A stretch of 56,460 nt of DNA from a bacterium (GCA_037446635.1 JBBIIG010000029.1:1-56460), one strand, 5' to 3'; shown: positions 28,611 to 38,993, counted from the first letter of the stretch. The notes: generated by a model from the sequence alone, not told the origin. A program made the numbers and translations.

Positions 28611-28765
28611 AAGTGCCAGGCACCTTTAAGGTGCCTGGCACTTGAATCCGACCGTGCCCAGGCACCTTTAAGGTGCCTGGCACTTGAATCCGACCGTGCC
28701 CAGGCACCTTTAAGGTGCCTGGCACTTGAATCCGACCTTGCCAGGCACTTTGAAAGTGCCTGGCA
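28611..28765. repeat. Tandem array of four REP doublets (about 42-nt period) upstream of the transposase
   Basis: gtgcc(c)aggcacctttaaggtgcctggcacttgaatccgacc three times, then tgccaggcactttgaaagtgcctggca. Confidence 0.9.
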
Positions 28766-28769
28766 ATTA

Positions 28770-29399
28770 TTAGTTGCGATCCCTCAGCAACTTCGCTCCC
28801 CGAAACAGCAAATACATCGCTCCCATTTGAATGACGTGATAGAGATCGTTGTGATTGAAATGCGAGTGAATAGTAAATCCGCTCTGCTGCACGCCGGCGG
28901 CGAAAAACGAAACCAGCACGCCGGCGACGATCCAGCGGGCGGCGGGATCGCGAAATTTGAGATGGGCGTAAATTTGTAAAAGCAAAATCGCGAGCATCGC
29001 CGGAGCATAATCATAAATCACGTACTTAAACTCATTGTGATTGATCATCCAAAGCGCATAAATCAGAAATTTCAAAGCCGTCGCCGCGACCAGCCAGGTT
29101 TGCAGCGGTGGTCGAATCGCGGCGATGATCGTCCCGGTCAACAGGCAGAAACTGGCGGCGCCAATGGCGTACACCGTGGCTTTCCAAATAACGGTTTGCG
29201 AGAAATCATTAAGATAGAGTACAAAGCCGTGGGCTGTTCCGCCTGCGATCGCCGCGAATGCGGTCACCAGAAACGCGGCGCTCCAGAGTTGCACCGCGCG
29301 CTGCCCGGTTTTCTTTTTCAAAAGTTGCGCCGCAAAGTAGATCGTCAGCAGCGCCAGAGCATAATCGGTGAGCAAGGTGGTGGGCTCGGTGATCTGCAT
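28770..29399 (-). CDS. Multi-pass membrane protein (DUF6962-like)
   Basis: EPTTLLTDY, GGTAHG and FNHNDLYHVIQM motifs; about 7 hydrophobic helices. Confidence 0.65.
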   Translation of the reverse strand: MQITEPTTLLTDYALALLTIYFAAQLLKKKTGQRAVQLWSAAFLVTAFAAIAGGTAHGFVLYLNDFSQTVIWKATVYAIGAASFCLLTGTIIAAIRPPLQTWLVAATALKFLIYALWMINHNEFKYVIYDYAPAMLAILLLQIYAHLKFRDPAARWIVAGVLVSFFAAGVQQSGFTIHSHFNHNDLYHVIQMGAMYLLFRGAKLLRDRN

Positions 29400-29536
29400 G
29401 TCGCCTCGAAATATGGTGAAAATTTTGACCGGATTTTTTAAGATTGCAAGCAATATAACAAGTTTCCAGCCATGATCAAGCGTTGGAATAATTTTCGAGC
29501 GCTGCGATATTTAATTAACCAAAAATCCTTCTAAAC

Positions 29537-30184
29537 ATGCGCGCCCACTTTTTCTTTCTGCTGATTGCGAGTTGCAGCTTTCTGACTTGCTCGCAGAAAA
29601 TAATTACGCCGGACTATTACAAACTGAGATACGCCCCACCTGAGTTAGCCAGCCGGATTGAACCCGATTCCATTAATTTCGAGCTGCTGGAATACGCGAT
29701 TTTTTTAGAGAGCAACTTGCAGCGCGAGCGGTTGGGACTGTGGCCGCTGAAATTTGAACCCCGGGCGCAGCTCGCGGCGCGACGGCATTCGGAAGAAATG
29801 GTGACGTTCACCTATTTCAGCCACACCTCGCCGATCTCTAAGAACCGCACCGCAAAAATGCGTTTAAGTCAAGCCGGCTTGCGAGAGGGCACGGTCGGTG
29901 AAAACATTGCGATTCATCCTGTTTACAAACGGCAGGATATCCTTGTTGAAAAACGCACGTCGCAGTTCGAACTTCCTCGGGATTTTTGGAGGAATCACGG
30001 GGTTCATTTTACTTATGGTGAGTTTGCCAAAACCCTGGTAGAACGCTGGATGAACAGTCCCGGACACCGCAGCAATATTTTGAGCAGCTACTTCCGCTTT
30101 TTAGGCGTGGGGTGTGCTCTGGGAAAATTGGTTGACACCGACGTATTTTATGTGACGCAGGATTTTTCTTCGACGAATTATTGA
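29537..30184 (+). CDS. CAP (SCP-like) domain lipoprotein
   Basis: Lipobox-like signal; AARRHSEEM...FSH, GENIA and WMNSPGHRSNIL motifs. Confidence 0.85.
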   Translation: MRAHFFFLLIASCSFLTCSQKIITPDYYKLRYAPPELASRIEPDSINFELLEYAIFLESNLQRERLGLWPLKFEPRAQLAARRHSEEMVTFTYFSHTSPISKNRTAKMRLSQAGLREGTVGENIAIHPVYKRQDILVEKRTSQFELPRDFWRNHGVHFTYGEFAKTLVERWMNSPGHRSNILSSYFRFLGVGCALGKLVDTDVFYVTQDFSSTNY

Positions 30185-30273
30185 AGTGAGACGGCAGATG
30201 GCAAACGGCAAACGTGAAAGTTATTGGTCAACTATTATTAAGTTATATTAAGTTATTACTATTAATTTGGTGA

Positions 30274-30323
30274 ATCCATTGATCCAATCCATCAATCCAT
30301 TACTCCAATACTCCATCACTCCC
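30274..30323. repeat. Short imperfect tandem repeats (atccattg/actccaat)
   Basis: atccattgatccaatccatcaatccattactccaatactccatcactccc; same family at 50753-50834. Confidence 0.65.
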
Positions 30324-30351
30324 AGGATCCATCACCCGAAGGTTGTCCACG

Positions 30352-30882
30352 TCAGGAATATTGCCGCAAAAGGAAGAAAATCGCGACGCCCGTCACGGAA
30401 ACATACAACCACAGCGGCAACGTGATGCGGGCAATTTTGCGATGGGCGGCGCGCTTGTCGCTGAGTCCGAAATAAATCGTGGAAAGCACCAGTGGGAAGA
30501 CAATCATCGACAGCACGATGTGCGTGATCAAAATAAAAAAATAAACCGGACGAATCCAGCCTTCTCCTAAAAATTTTGTGTCGCCCACCTGACTGTGATA
30601 ATAAACGTAGCTGATCAAAAACAGCGCGGAAACGATGAACGCCGAAATCATCAAATTTTTGTGCAAAACTTCGCGGCGATTTTTGATGGCCCAGTAACCC
30701 ACCAACAGAATCACCGTGCTGGTGGCGTTGAGCGTGGCGTTCACCGCCGGCAGTTGTGAAGCCGCGGTGCTGCCTTCGGCGACGCCTTCGCGCAAAAAAA
30801 GCAGCCAAATGAGAAATGTCATCGCGGCAAAGGTGATCGCTGCGTTCCAGAGATAGAAATTTTTGTTGGAAATGGTAATCAT
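30352..30882 (-). CDS. DUF420-family membrane protein
   Basis: LPAVNATLN, HKNLM..AF..S..FL.SY, YFFILITHIVLS and HRKIAR.T.PLWLYVSVTG motifs. Confidence 0.85.
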   Translation of the reverse strand: MITISNKNFYLWNAAITFAAMTFLIWLLFLREGVAEGSTAASQLPAVNATLNATSTVILLVGYWAIKNRREVLHKNLMISAFIVSALFLISYVYYHSQVGDTKFLGEGWIRPVYFFILITHIVLSMIVFPLVLSTIYFGLSDKRAAHRKIARITLPLWLYVSVTGVAIFFLLRQYS

Positions 30883-30910
30883 GCAAATTTTGGAATTTGA
30901 AATTTCGATA

Positions 30911-31420
30911 TTATTTGAGATTTGGGAGTTGCGATTTGAAATTCTCACCTGATCGCACAAAGAAAAAGTCCACCCCGCGTTCTTTACCATTCTGGTGGCC
31001 CTCGATGCGGGCGTGCAGTGAGCCATCATCTTTCAGTTGATAAATGATCCGCTGCGGGAAATCGTGATCGACATTTTCAAACGTGAACGTCTTGCCTTCG
31101 CTTTTTATCAGCTTAAATGACACGGGATATTTGTTGTGTGACACGCGCGACGTGTAGAAAATCTCGCTGCCGAACAACTCGATCCGCAAATATTCGGTGA
31201 CGACTTTCTCGCCATTTTTGAGAAAGTAGCTTTCGCCTTCAAAGGTACGGTCGCTGGCGCGCGTCCAAACTTCAAAAGAGGTGGTTTTTGCGCTCACGTT
31301 TTTCCAGTCGCCCGCCAGCCAGTCCAATAAATTCAAATCCGAAAAAATCGGCTGCTGCGCTTGCATAGTTGCAATAAAAAAACAACTCAGGGCCAACCAA
31401 AACCAACGAATTAATTTCAT
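30911..31420 (-). CDS. Secreted protein (DUF6265-like)
   Basis: Signal peptide; L.WLAG.W...E.W and FEN..HDFPQRIIY motifs. Confidence 0.7.
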   Translation of the reverse strand: MKLIRWFWLALSCFFIATMQAQQPIFSDLNLLDWLAGDWKNVSAKTTSFEVWTRASDRTFEGESYFLKNGEKVVTEYLRIELFGSEIFYTSRVSHNKYPVSFKLIKSEGKTFTFENVDHDFPQRIIYQLKDDGSLHARIEGHQNGKERGVDFFFVRSGENFKSQLPNLK

Positions 31421-31445
31421 ATTTCAAACTGCTACGTTGAGTTTA

Positions 31446-31823
31446 CTACATTTTGCGCGCGGCACGATCGGCTGGCAGCAAGCTCGCCGCAAAGCCTTGC
31501 GGATCGGCGGCGTGGCGATCCAGCATTTCCTGCAATTGCTGCAGAACTTTTTCTTTGGTGGCGAGACCGTACATATAAATTTTCAACGGCCCAATCAGTT
31601 TCAAATAATAATGATGAGCGGGCGAATACTCCGTGGTGCAAGCGCTGGGATTCTGCGCCTGCCGCAGTAGTTGTGCGAAGGTCTCGGCAAAGCGGGCCAG
31701 CAGCGGCTCGCGCTGGAGGTCGCGGGGGATTTCCGGAAACCGCGTTAGCAGCTCCTCCACCGACATCGCCGGCGAATGGGCTGCGGTTTGGTTATTGAAC
31801 CTCAAAAAATCTTTCAACGCCAT
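31446..31823 (-). CDS. Hypothetical protein
   Basis: 125-aa ORF co-oriented with the downstream genes, host-like composition. Confidence 0.55.
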   Translation of the reverse strand: MALKDFLRFNNQTAAHSPAMSVEELLTRFPEIPRDLQREPLLARFAETFAQLLRQAQNPSACTTEYSPAHHYYLKLIGPLKIYMYGLATKEKVLQQLQEMLDRHAADPQGFAASLLPADRAARKM

Positions 31824-31927
31824 AAAATTTAGTTGACTAAGAATATATATTTTCTATTTTTCTTGCTGACTTTTTGAATGGAAACATACCTAAAAAATAT
31901 CAAGCAATCAAGAGATTATTCAACTTG

Positions 31928-32752
31928 ATGAATCGTTTGGCGAACACGAAAGTCAAAAAATCCAGCAGCCGCCGCGACACCCTGATTCGCCTGAAAAACG
32001 TGATTTTGGGCGAAGGCCATTTCACAGTCATCGCCGGCCCGTGCGCGCTGGAAACTCCCGAACAGGCGCTGGCCGCGGCGCGCGCGGTGGAAAAAGCCGG
32101 CGCCAAAATTTTTCGAGGCTCGCTGTACAAACCGCGAACCTCGCCCTACTCGTTTCAGGGAATCGGCCACGAGGGGGTCGAACTGTTACGGCTCATCAAA
32201 CAAGAAACCAATCTTCTCATCGAAACGGAAATTCTCTCAGCTTATCATCTCGAACTTTTGGCTGAGCAGGCGGATATTTTGCGCATCGGCTCGCGCAACA
32301 TGGACAATTTCGATCTCCTGCGCGAGGTGGGCAAAACCAGCAAGCCGGTGATTTTGAAACGCAACATGAGTGCGACGCTGGAAGAATTTCTGCTGGCAGC
32401 AGAGTACATTCTCGCCGAGGGCAACGAGCAAGTCATCCTGTGCGAGCGCGGCATCCGAACCTTTGAAACCTACACTCGCAACACCCTCGACATCCTCGCG
32501 GTGCCGGCGGTGAAAGAACTTTCGCATCTGCCGATCATCGTCGATCCCTCGCACAGCAGCGGCAGCCGCTGCCTGGTGGCGTCCGCCAGCCGGGCGGCGT
32601 TGGCGGCCGGCGCCGACGGCCTCATCATCGAAGTTCACCCGAATCCGCAAAAAGCGCTCTCCGACGGACAACAATCGCTGAATCTTGCTGAATTCGAATC
32701 GTTGATGAATGAGTTGCGCCAGTTAGCGCCCATACTGAAGAAAAAAATGTAA
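31928..32752 (+). CDS. aroF: 3-deoxy-7-phosphoheptulonate (DAHP) synthase, type I-beta
   Basis: IAGPCALE, KPRTSPYSFQG, LCERGIRTF, DPSH, EVHPNP..ALSDG. Confidence 0.9.
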   Translation: MNRLANTKVKKSSSRRDTLIRLKNVILGEGHFTVIAGPCALETPEQALAAARAVEKAGAKIFRGSLYKPRTSPYSFQGIGHEGVELLRLIKQETNLLIETEILSAYHLELLAEQADILRIGSRNMDNFDLLREVGKTSKPVILKRNMSATLEEFLLAAEYILAEGNEQVILCERGIRTFETYTRNTLDILAVPAVKELSHLPIIVDPSHSSGSRCLVASASRAALAAGADGLIIEVHPNPQKALSDGQQSLNLAEFESLMNELRQLAPILKKKM

Positions 32753-32764
32753 ACCTCAAATAAC

Positions 32765-32827
32765 AACCACGAATTACACGAATTTCACTAATAGAAAAAT
32801 TTCGTGTAATTCGTGAAATTCGTGGTT
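32765..32827. repeat. Inverted array of 9-nt CACGAATT repeats
   Basis: aaccacgaattacacgaatttcac...ttcgtgtaattcgtgaaattcgtggtt; same family at 38110-38161. Confidence 0.7.
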
Positions 32828-32829
32828 TC

Positions 32830-33579
32830 ATGTCCCATTCCTTTGCCGATTTACAAACCCAATCCATCGACCGCGACCAGCGGCAAAAGTACGTCGCCAA
32901 TTTATTCGACAAGCTGGCGCCGCGCTACGATCGCTTCAACCGCTGGGTGAGCTTGTTTCGCGACGAAGCCTGGCGGCGGCAAACGGTGGCGCTGCTGAAC
33001 GATCACAAAACCGGGGTGGTGCTCGATCTGGCCGCCGGCACCGGCGATCTCGCCCATCACGCCGCGAAAGCCGGGGCGCGCGCGGTGCACGTTTTTGATA
33101 TTTCTCACGAGATGCTGCGTTTGGCGAAAATCAAAATAACCGGCGGCAACGGCCCAAAACAGCTCATTGCCTTCGAGCAGGGTTCGGCGCATCTTCTTCC
33201 GTTTAAACATAATTCCATCGATGGCATCATCAGCGGATTTGCCATGCGCAACGTCTTTCATTTTTTGGATGAGGTCCTGCACGAGATGCATCGCGTATTA
33301 AAACCCGGCGGCCGCTTTGCCATTCTCGAATTGAGCCGGCCCCAAAATGCGCTGCTGCGATTGGGATTTCGCCTGCACATGAAAACCGTGATGCCGCTGG
33401 TGGGATGCCTCGCCACCGGCAGCTCCGAGCCTTTCCGGTATTTGTACAAAACCACCATGACGTTTTTGTCGCCCATTGAATTCAAACAACGATTGGAAAA
33501 AGCTGGATTCGTCAACGTAAATTTCAAGTGCTTCCTGCTGGGCGGCATCGCCATTCATTTCGGGGAAAAGCCTTTGTAA
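32830..33579 (+). CDS. menG: Demethylmenaquinone methyltransferase (UbiE/MenG)
   Basis: F..LAPRYD..N, LDLAAGTGD, GFAMRNV, EMHRVLKPGG; adjacent to the men cluster. Confidence 0.88.
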   Translation: MSHSFADLQTQSIDRDQRQKYVANLFDKLAPRYDRFNRWVSLFRDEAWRRQTVALLNDHKTGVVLDLAAGTGDLAHHAAKAGARAVHVFDISHEMLRLAKIKITGGNGPKQLIAFEQGSAHLLPFKHNSIDGIISGFAMRNVFHFLDEVLHEMHRVLKPGGRFAILELSRPQNALLRLGFRLHMKTVMPLVGCLATGSSEPFRYLYKTTMTFLSPIEFKQRLEKAGFVNVNFKCFLLGGIAIHFGEKPL

Positions 33580-33673
33580 CTCAAAGCTCTGCTTTTGAAT
33601 TTTCGATTCCCGCAAACGCAGCGAACTGAAGGTAACTCCCTTTAAATAATTCGACTAATCGAGGGATCGACTC

Positions 33674-33976
33674 ATGTCAAACAAGCTTCCGAAACGAGAT
33701 GTCTTTCTGATTACTTTTTTAGGAATCTACTGTTTGAGCGTGGCAGGATTTGCCATGTACTATTTCCTTGTGATGTACGACAACTTGGATCCCCAAATCG
33801 GCAATTCGGAATCCACGCTGATGAAGCTCATCGTCGCGGTGGGAGTGATCGCCGGGGTCGTCCGCGGCGCAGCGTTAGATGACTTAAACGGGTTCGATGC
33901 AACCGAAGCTCCCCCCGACTCACAGCCGGATGATAACTCCTTACCCGCCTCAAAAATCAAACGCGTCCAGAGTTGA
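33674..33976 (+). CDS. Hypothetical small membrane protein
   Basis: 100-aa ORF with GAGGG RBS and two hydrophobic segments. Confidence 0.45.
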   Translation: MSNKLPKRDVFLITFLGIYCLSVAGFAMYYFLVMYDNLDPQIGNSESTLMKLIVAVGVIAGVVRGAALDDLNGFDATEAPPDSQPDDNSLPASKIKRVQS

Positions 33977-34002
33977 GATAGGCACTGACGTTTCTATTGC
34001 CC

Positions 34003-34707
34003 TCACTCCGAATAAACCGTCTCCGTTTTCTCAGCGGCGACGGCGGCTTTGGAGGTCCTCGAATAAGCCCTCGCGTCCACTGCTTTTTTGCGAAATAACA
34101 GCGGCTCGAGGTAAGCCACCAAACCCGTCACACACAAGCCGCCTAAGACATCAATAAAGTAGTGCTGCTTGGTGGTCAAGGTTGAAAGCAGGATCGCCAA
34201 TCCCCAGAGGGCAAACAGCGCAAAATGTTTACGACCGTACAATCGGAAAAACCAGGCGCTGATGGCAGTGATGGCGACGTGCAAACTTGGAAAGCAATTG
34301 TTGGGGGTATCGACATTTGCAACCAGATTCATTGCAAAGGCCACCAAAACATTGTTCTCATCCGGATAAACCGGCCGAGGGTAGGTGGTGGGATAAAAAA
34401 GAAAAAATGCGCCGCAAATAAACAACGCCCCAAAGTTCATTCTCGCCCAGGAATTGAACTCATCCCAATCCTTGAGAATCGTCATCGCGACTGCCACTAA
34501 TACGTACTCGGAAAGATAAACCCAAAACGTCCATGGAAAAAACGGCGCGGCGCGGTCGATGGGCGACAGCGGCAGCAGCCGCGGCGGAGTGAGCGGGTGC
34601 AGGTTGGGATAGATGTAAAAGAAATAGTACAGCGCACAAAAAAGCGTCAACAGCAGAAGTTTATACTTCCAATCAACAGTAGGTTTTTGAATATTGGATG
34701 TTCTCAT
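34003..34707 (-). CDS. PAP2-superfamily membrane phosphatase/phosphotransferase
   Basis: PT..PRP, NCFPSLHV and STLTTKQHYFIDV motifs. Confidence 0.82.
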   Translation of the reverse strand: MRTSNIQKPTVDWKYKLLLLTLFCALYYFFYIYPNLHPLTPPRLLPLSPIDRAAPFFPWTFWVYLSEYVLVAVAMTILKDWDEFNSWARMNFGALFICGAFFLFYPTTYPRPVYPDENNVLVAFAMNLVANVDTPNNCFPSLHVAITAISAWFFRLYGRKHFALFALWGLAILLSTLTTKQHYFIDVLGGLCVTGLVAYLEPLLFRKKAVDARAYSRTSKAAVAAEKTETVYSE

Positions 34708-34713
34708 ACTTAA

Positions 34714-35829
34714 TCAAAGTCTGTTTAACGTGATCTTCTTCAACGTAGCCCGGCGATCGATCTTGCCGCTTGGCGTGGGCGCCGCCGAATCCAAATACAA
34801 AATCTCTTTGGGCAGCTCGAATTTGTTTAGCTTCTTCGCTAGCGCCGCTTTCAGTGCAGCTTCGGTTTCCGCCGACAGCCGCTGTCCCATGAACACCGCC
34901 GCCACTTTTTCGTGGTAGCGTTCATCCGGCAGCCCGCCGACAAAAAACTCACCGTGCTCCACGTTCAGCTCGTACAATATTTGCTCAATGGCTGCCTCCA
35001 CTTTTTCGGCCTGCACTTTTACCCCGCCGCTGTTGATGACATTGTCGATGCGGCCCAGCCAGACGAAACCCGTTTCCGAAGTCAATTCCACGACATCGTT
35101 GGTGATGACGTTCCGGAAATTTGTAACCGCGGAATTGATGGTGAGGCAGCCGCGATCGTCCTGCCCGACTTTCACGCCCGGCAGCGTCTGGTAATGTTCA
35201 GCGGCCCGCGGACCGTTGAGCCGCCGCAGCGCAATGTGGCTCACCGTCTCCGTCATGCCGAAGGTCTGGTAAACCGGCGCGTGCAAATTTTTAATCTGAT
35301 TCTGTAATGAAATCGAAACGGGCGCGCCGCCCACTAACACGGCTTTCATTTTATTCAAGAAATCTATGTGATCGGGATGGGCCAGAATGCTTTGCAGTTG
35401 CAGCGGCACCAGGGCGGTGAAATCAAACGGCGATGAGGTTTTAAGATCCAGTGCGCCAAAGGGATCGCTGCTAGGTTCGACAATCGTCAAATTCAGATCT
35501 AAAACCAAACCGCGAGCGAGCATCATCAACCCGGCGATGTGCTGGGGTGAAAGACAAACCAGCGCGCGATCGCCGGCTTTTAGATTCAGCGCGTCGCCGG
35601 TCAAGCGGGCGCTCAACGCCATCTGCTCACGGGTGATTGAGATGAGCTTTGGCTCGCCAGTGGAACCGGAGGTGGAAACGATGAATCGTTCCACTCCGGA
35701 GAGCCACTCGCCGCAAAATTTCAACGTGTGTTTTTCGGTGTCCGTGAGATTTTTATTCTCAACGGAGCGGAAATGCTGCGCAATCCATTCCCGAGAAAAA
35801 TATTTGCCATTCAACGTGAAGCCTTTCAT
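34714..35829 (-). CDS. menE: O-succinylbenzoate-CoA ligase
   Basis: TSGSTGEPK, FGMTET and GRIDNVINSGG AMP-binding motifs; men operon context. Confidence 0.88.
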   Translation of the reverse strand: MKGFTLNGKYFSREWIAQHFRSVENKNLTDTEKHTLKFCGEWLSGVERFIVSTSGSTGEPKLISITREQMALSARLTGDALNLKAGDRALVCLSPQHIAGLMMLARGLVLDLNLTIVEPSSDPFGALDLKTSSPFDFTALVPLQLQSILAHPDHIDFLNKMKAVLVGGAPVSISLQNQIKNLHAPVYQTFGMTETVSHIALRRLNGPRAAEHYQTLPGVKVGQDDRGCLTINSAVTNFRNVITNDVVELTSETGFVWLGRIDNVINSGGVKVQAEKVEAAIEQILYELNVEHGEFFVGGLPDERYHEKVAAVFMGQRLSAETEAALKAALAKKLNKFELPKEILYLDSAAPTPSGKIDRRATLKKITLNRL

Positions 35830-36932
35830 ACCCGCTCCACCAATTCCAAATCATCAAGTCGGATGATACGATCGCCGCGATCCGCATACGTGAGTTGACC
35901 ATTGCTGAGGTGCAGCGGCGCGGGAAAGTTGGCGCGGTAAAGCTGTCCCGTTCCCAACCCCTGCGGCATCGTCCGCGAAGTGGAGCCGCTTTCGCGGATG
36001 ACCGGCAGCGTCGCGGTCCATTGGGCGATGGCATTGAGGCCGATGTTGGACTCCAGCGCCGACGTTACCCAATAGCCGACGCCGTGTTCATCCGCGAGCT
36101 TAATCCACTCTTCACACGCCGCGAAGCCGCCGAGCAGCGTCGGCTTTAAAATCAAGTATTGCGGACGAATGGCGCGCAGCAGATTCCGTTTTTCAGCGAT
36201 GGTGTGGCAGTCGATCAATTCTTCGTCGAGCGCGATGGGGATGGGAGACGCCGCGCACACCCTCGCCATCTCGTCCCATTGTCCGGCTTGGATCGGCTGT
36301 TCCAAAGAATGGATTCCAAATTGACTCAGCAATTTTAATTTCTCGAATGCTTCACCGGGATTGAATGCGCCGTTGGCATCCAGCCGCAGCGTGATTTTTT
36401 TCGGAGAATGTTGCTGGCGTATTTCGCGCAGCAGCCGACATTCGTTCTCAAAACCAATCGCGCCAATTTTGATTTTGATGCAGGTGAAGCCCGCAGCAAT
36501 TTTGGCGAAGGCCTGCTGCCGCATGGTTTCGTAATCCGCCATCACCACCAGCCCGTTGATGGGGATGGATTGGTAGCCGCGCGTAAAGTCGCTGAGAAAC
36601 AGAATACGGTGGCCGCCAGCACTGAAATCGATGAGCGCGGTTTCCAGCCCGAAGCGAATTGCCGGCCAGTCGCGCAGATCGATCTCCTGTGGAGCGACGT
36701 CGCCATTCAAAAGATCACAGACGTCCTGCAGCTTCTCCTCAAATTCCGGCCGGTGGTCGATGCTCAACCCCGGCAGGGGCGAGCACTCGCCGAGTCCGAA
36801 GCGCCGCGGATTTCGTTGGTCAATCAAAGCTAAAATATAAACCTCGTGATCGTGCAAAACTCCGCGGGAGGTGCCCATCGGTTTGATGAACTTCAAAGTA
36901 AACTTCTTGAATTCAGCTCGAAAGGGATTCAC
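35826..36932 (-). CDS. menC: O-succinylbenzoate synthase
   Basis: Enolase-superfamily KIKIG, RLDANG, EQP, ALDEEL, LKP and SALES motifs; operon context. Confidence 0.88.
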   Translation of the reverse strand: MNPFRAEFKKFTLKFIKPMGTSRGVLHDHEVYILALIDQRNPRRFGLGECSPLPGLSIDHRPEFEEKLQDVCDLLNGDVAPQEIDLRDWPAIRFGLETALIDFSAGGHRILFLSDFTRGYQSIPINGLVVMADYETMRQQAFAKIAAGFTCIKIKIGAIGFENECRLLREIRQQHSPKKITLRLDANGAFNPGEAFEKLKLLSQFGIHSLEQPIQAGQWDEMARVCAASPIPIALDEELIDCHTIAEKRNLLRAIRPQYLILKPTLLGGFAACEEWIKLADEHGVGYWVTSALESNIGLNAIAQWTATLPVIRESGSTSRTMPQGLGTGQLYRANFPAPLHLSNGQLTYADRGDRIIRLDDLELVERV

Positions 36933-37822
36933 AGCAGGATACCAATTCCAAAACTGAAGCTGAACAGCAGGGTGAGGATCGCCATTTGTTTGAGATAGGG
37001 ATCGATCTCGCGGGCGTCAAATTTCAATGAGATGCCAAAGCCGTTTTTCAAAATCAGCGGGATGGTGATGAAAAACATCAACTGATGCACACTCTTAAAA
37101 TTCAGAATCGTGAAGATGAGGGCGCAGACCAACCCGCCGATCAACAACAGCCAGTGATACACGCGCGCTTTGGACTCACCCAGCCGCACCGGGATGGTGC
37201 GTTTGCCGGCCAATTTATCGGATTGAAAATCGCGGAGGTTGTTGATGTTGAGCACGGCCACACAGAACAAACCGCACGAGGCAGCCGGCAGCAAAATCAT
37301 CCAGTTCAAATGATGAGTTTGCAGATAGTACGAACCGAAAACTCCGATAATCCCGAAAAAAAGCAACACGAAAATATCGCCCAGCCCGGCGTAGCCGAAG
37401 GGCCGCGGACCAACGGTGTAGGTCACCGCCGCGATGATGGCCGCGACGCCGGCGGCGTGAAAATACAGGCTTTCATCTTTAATCAAAATGTAGCCAACCA
37501 GCAAACACAACCCCGTGAAAACGATCAGCGCGTTGCGCATCGCCCTCTTCGAGATTTGTCCGGACTGCACCGCGCGCTGCGGGCCTTGGCGATGGGCGCT
37601 GTCCGCGCCGTGCAGGCTGTCGCCGTAATCGTTGGCAAGATTGGAAAGAATCTGCAGCAGCACCGCGGTGGCGAAACACAGCAGAGCTACCCGTAGGTTG
37701 AATAAGTTTTCTGCTGCCGCCAAAAAGCTTCCCAGCGCGATGCTGGCGGTGGCCAGCGGCAGCGTTCGCAGCCGGAAAGCGTGCAGCCAGATTTGGATTT
37801 TATTAACCACAGATTTCACCAA
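36929..37822 (-). CDS. menA: 1,4-dihydroxy-2-naphthoate polyprenyltransferase
   Basis: RLRTLP, NLANDYGD...GAD, NNLRD...D..AGKRT. Confidence 0.92.
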   Translation of the reverse strand: MVKSVVNKIQIWLHAFRLRTLPLATASIALGSFLAAAENLFNLRVALLCFATAVLLQILSNLANDYGDSLHGADSAHRQGPQRAVQSGQISKRAMRNALIVFTGLCLLVGYILIKDESLYFHAAGVAAIIAAVTYTVGPRPFGYAGLGDIFVLLFFGIIGVFGSYYLQTHHLNWMILLPAASCGLFCVAVLNINNLRDFQSDKLAGKRTIPVRLGESKARVYHWLLLIGGLVCALIFTILNFKSVHQLMFFITIPLILKNGFGISLKFDAREIDPYLKQMAILTLLFSFSFGIGILL

Positions 37823-37829
37823 TTAACAT

Positions 37830-38161
37830 ACACCCTCACCCTGAGGTAAAGTCACCCTTTATCAAAGGAGAATTTTCCGCCCAAGCGGATCCGCTTCGCG
37901 AAAGCGGGGTTCGACAGCACGATCGTCCAATTAACCATCAAATCCTCCCTGTCCCTCCTTTTTCAAAGGAGGGGACTATCATCGCCACTTTTTCTAAAAA
38001 GCTTTGCCCGCCGGTTTTTTCAACAGCCTCCTTGAAGGGAGAGGGAAACATGATTACAGATGCCTCTGGAAATTCGAATAACCCGACTCAATTCATCTGC
38101 AAAAACTCAAACCACAAATTTCACGAATTTTAAATTAGTGAAATTCGTGCAATTCGTGGTT
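37830..38161. repeat. Repeat-rich menB-menA spacer
   Basis: ttccgcccaagcggatccgcttcgcg (inverted copy of the unit near 22060-22092), ccctccttt..aaaggagggg hairpins, and a CACGAATT inverted array at 38110-38161. Confidence 0.7.
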
Positions 38162-38168
38162 AATTTTT

Positions 38169-38993
38169 TTACGGGTAGCGCCGGAATTTCGAAAAATCCG
38201 GCTGGCGTTTTTCAACATACGCTTTGCGGCCCTCGTTGGCTTCCTCGGTGTGATAGTACAGCAACGTGGCGTTGCCGGCCAATTCCTGAATGCCAGCCTG
38301 GCCGTCCAACTCCGCATTGAACGCCGACTTGAGCAGTCGGATCGCCATCGGACTTTTTTCGAGAATTTTGAAGCACCACTCGACGGTGGTTTTCTCCAAT
38401 TCCGCCAGCGGCACGACTTTGTTCACCAGCCCCATTTGCAAGGCTTCCTGTGCATCGTACTGATCGCAGAGGTACCAAATCTCTCGCGCCTTCTTTTGCC
38501 CGACAATGCGCGCCAGATACGACGCCCCAAAACCGCCATCGAAACTGCCGACCTTCGGCCCGGTTTGGCCAAAGCGCGCGTTCTCCGCCGCGATCGTGAG
38601 ATCGCACACCACGTGCAGCACGTGGCCGCCGCCGATGGCCCAGCCGGCCACCATCGCAATCACCGGTTTGGGGAGGGAGCGAATCTGCTTTTGTACGTCG
38701 AGGATGTTGAGGCGCGGCACGCCGTCGGCGCCCACGTAGCCGCCAATGCTGCGCACCCGCTGATCGCCGCCGCTGCAAAATGCCTTGCCGCCTTCGCCGG
38801 TGAGAATCACCACGCCCACGTCGGGGTTTTGCCGCGCCAGTTCAAAGGCCTCGCCCAATTCAAACACCGTTTTCGGACGAAACGCATTGTGCACCTCCGG
38901 GCGGTTGATGCTGATTTTGGCGATGCCTTTATAAAATTGAAATAGGATGTCCTCAAATTCTTTGAGGGTTTCCCAGGGATACGTGCTTTTCAT
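38169..38993 (-). CDS. menB: 1,4-dihydroxy-2-naphthoyl-CoA synthase
   Basis: [40 protein letters not shown]. Confidence 0.96.
   Translation of the reverse strand: MKSTYPWETLKEFEDILFQFYKGIAKISINRPEVHNAFRPKTVFELGEAFELARQNPDVGVVILTGEGGKAFCSGGDQRVRSIGGYVGADGVPRLNILDVQKQIRSLPKPVIAMVAGWAIGGGHVLHVVCDLTIAAENARFGQTGPKVGSFDGGFGASYLARIVGQKKAREIWYLCDQYDAQEALQMGLVNKVVPLAELEKTTVEWCFKILEKSPMAIRLLKSAFNAELDGQAGIQELAGNATLLYYHTEEANEGRKAYVEKRQPDFSKFRRYP

Noticed and set aside
28611..28765. Possible CRISPR array
   Set aside because: The linkers are identical and only about 12 nt long, there are no cas genes, and the same palindrome flanks the tyrosine transposase; these are REP-type repeats
28278..28979. 233-aa plus-strand ORF with RAQAPLRCLALESD repeats
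   Set aside because: It is a translation of the 42-nt DNA repeat and is antisense to two better-supported genes
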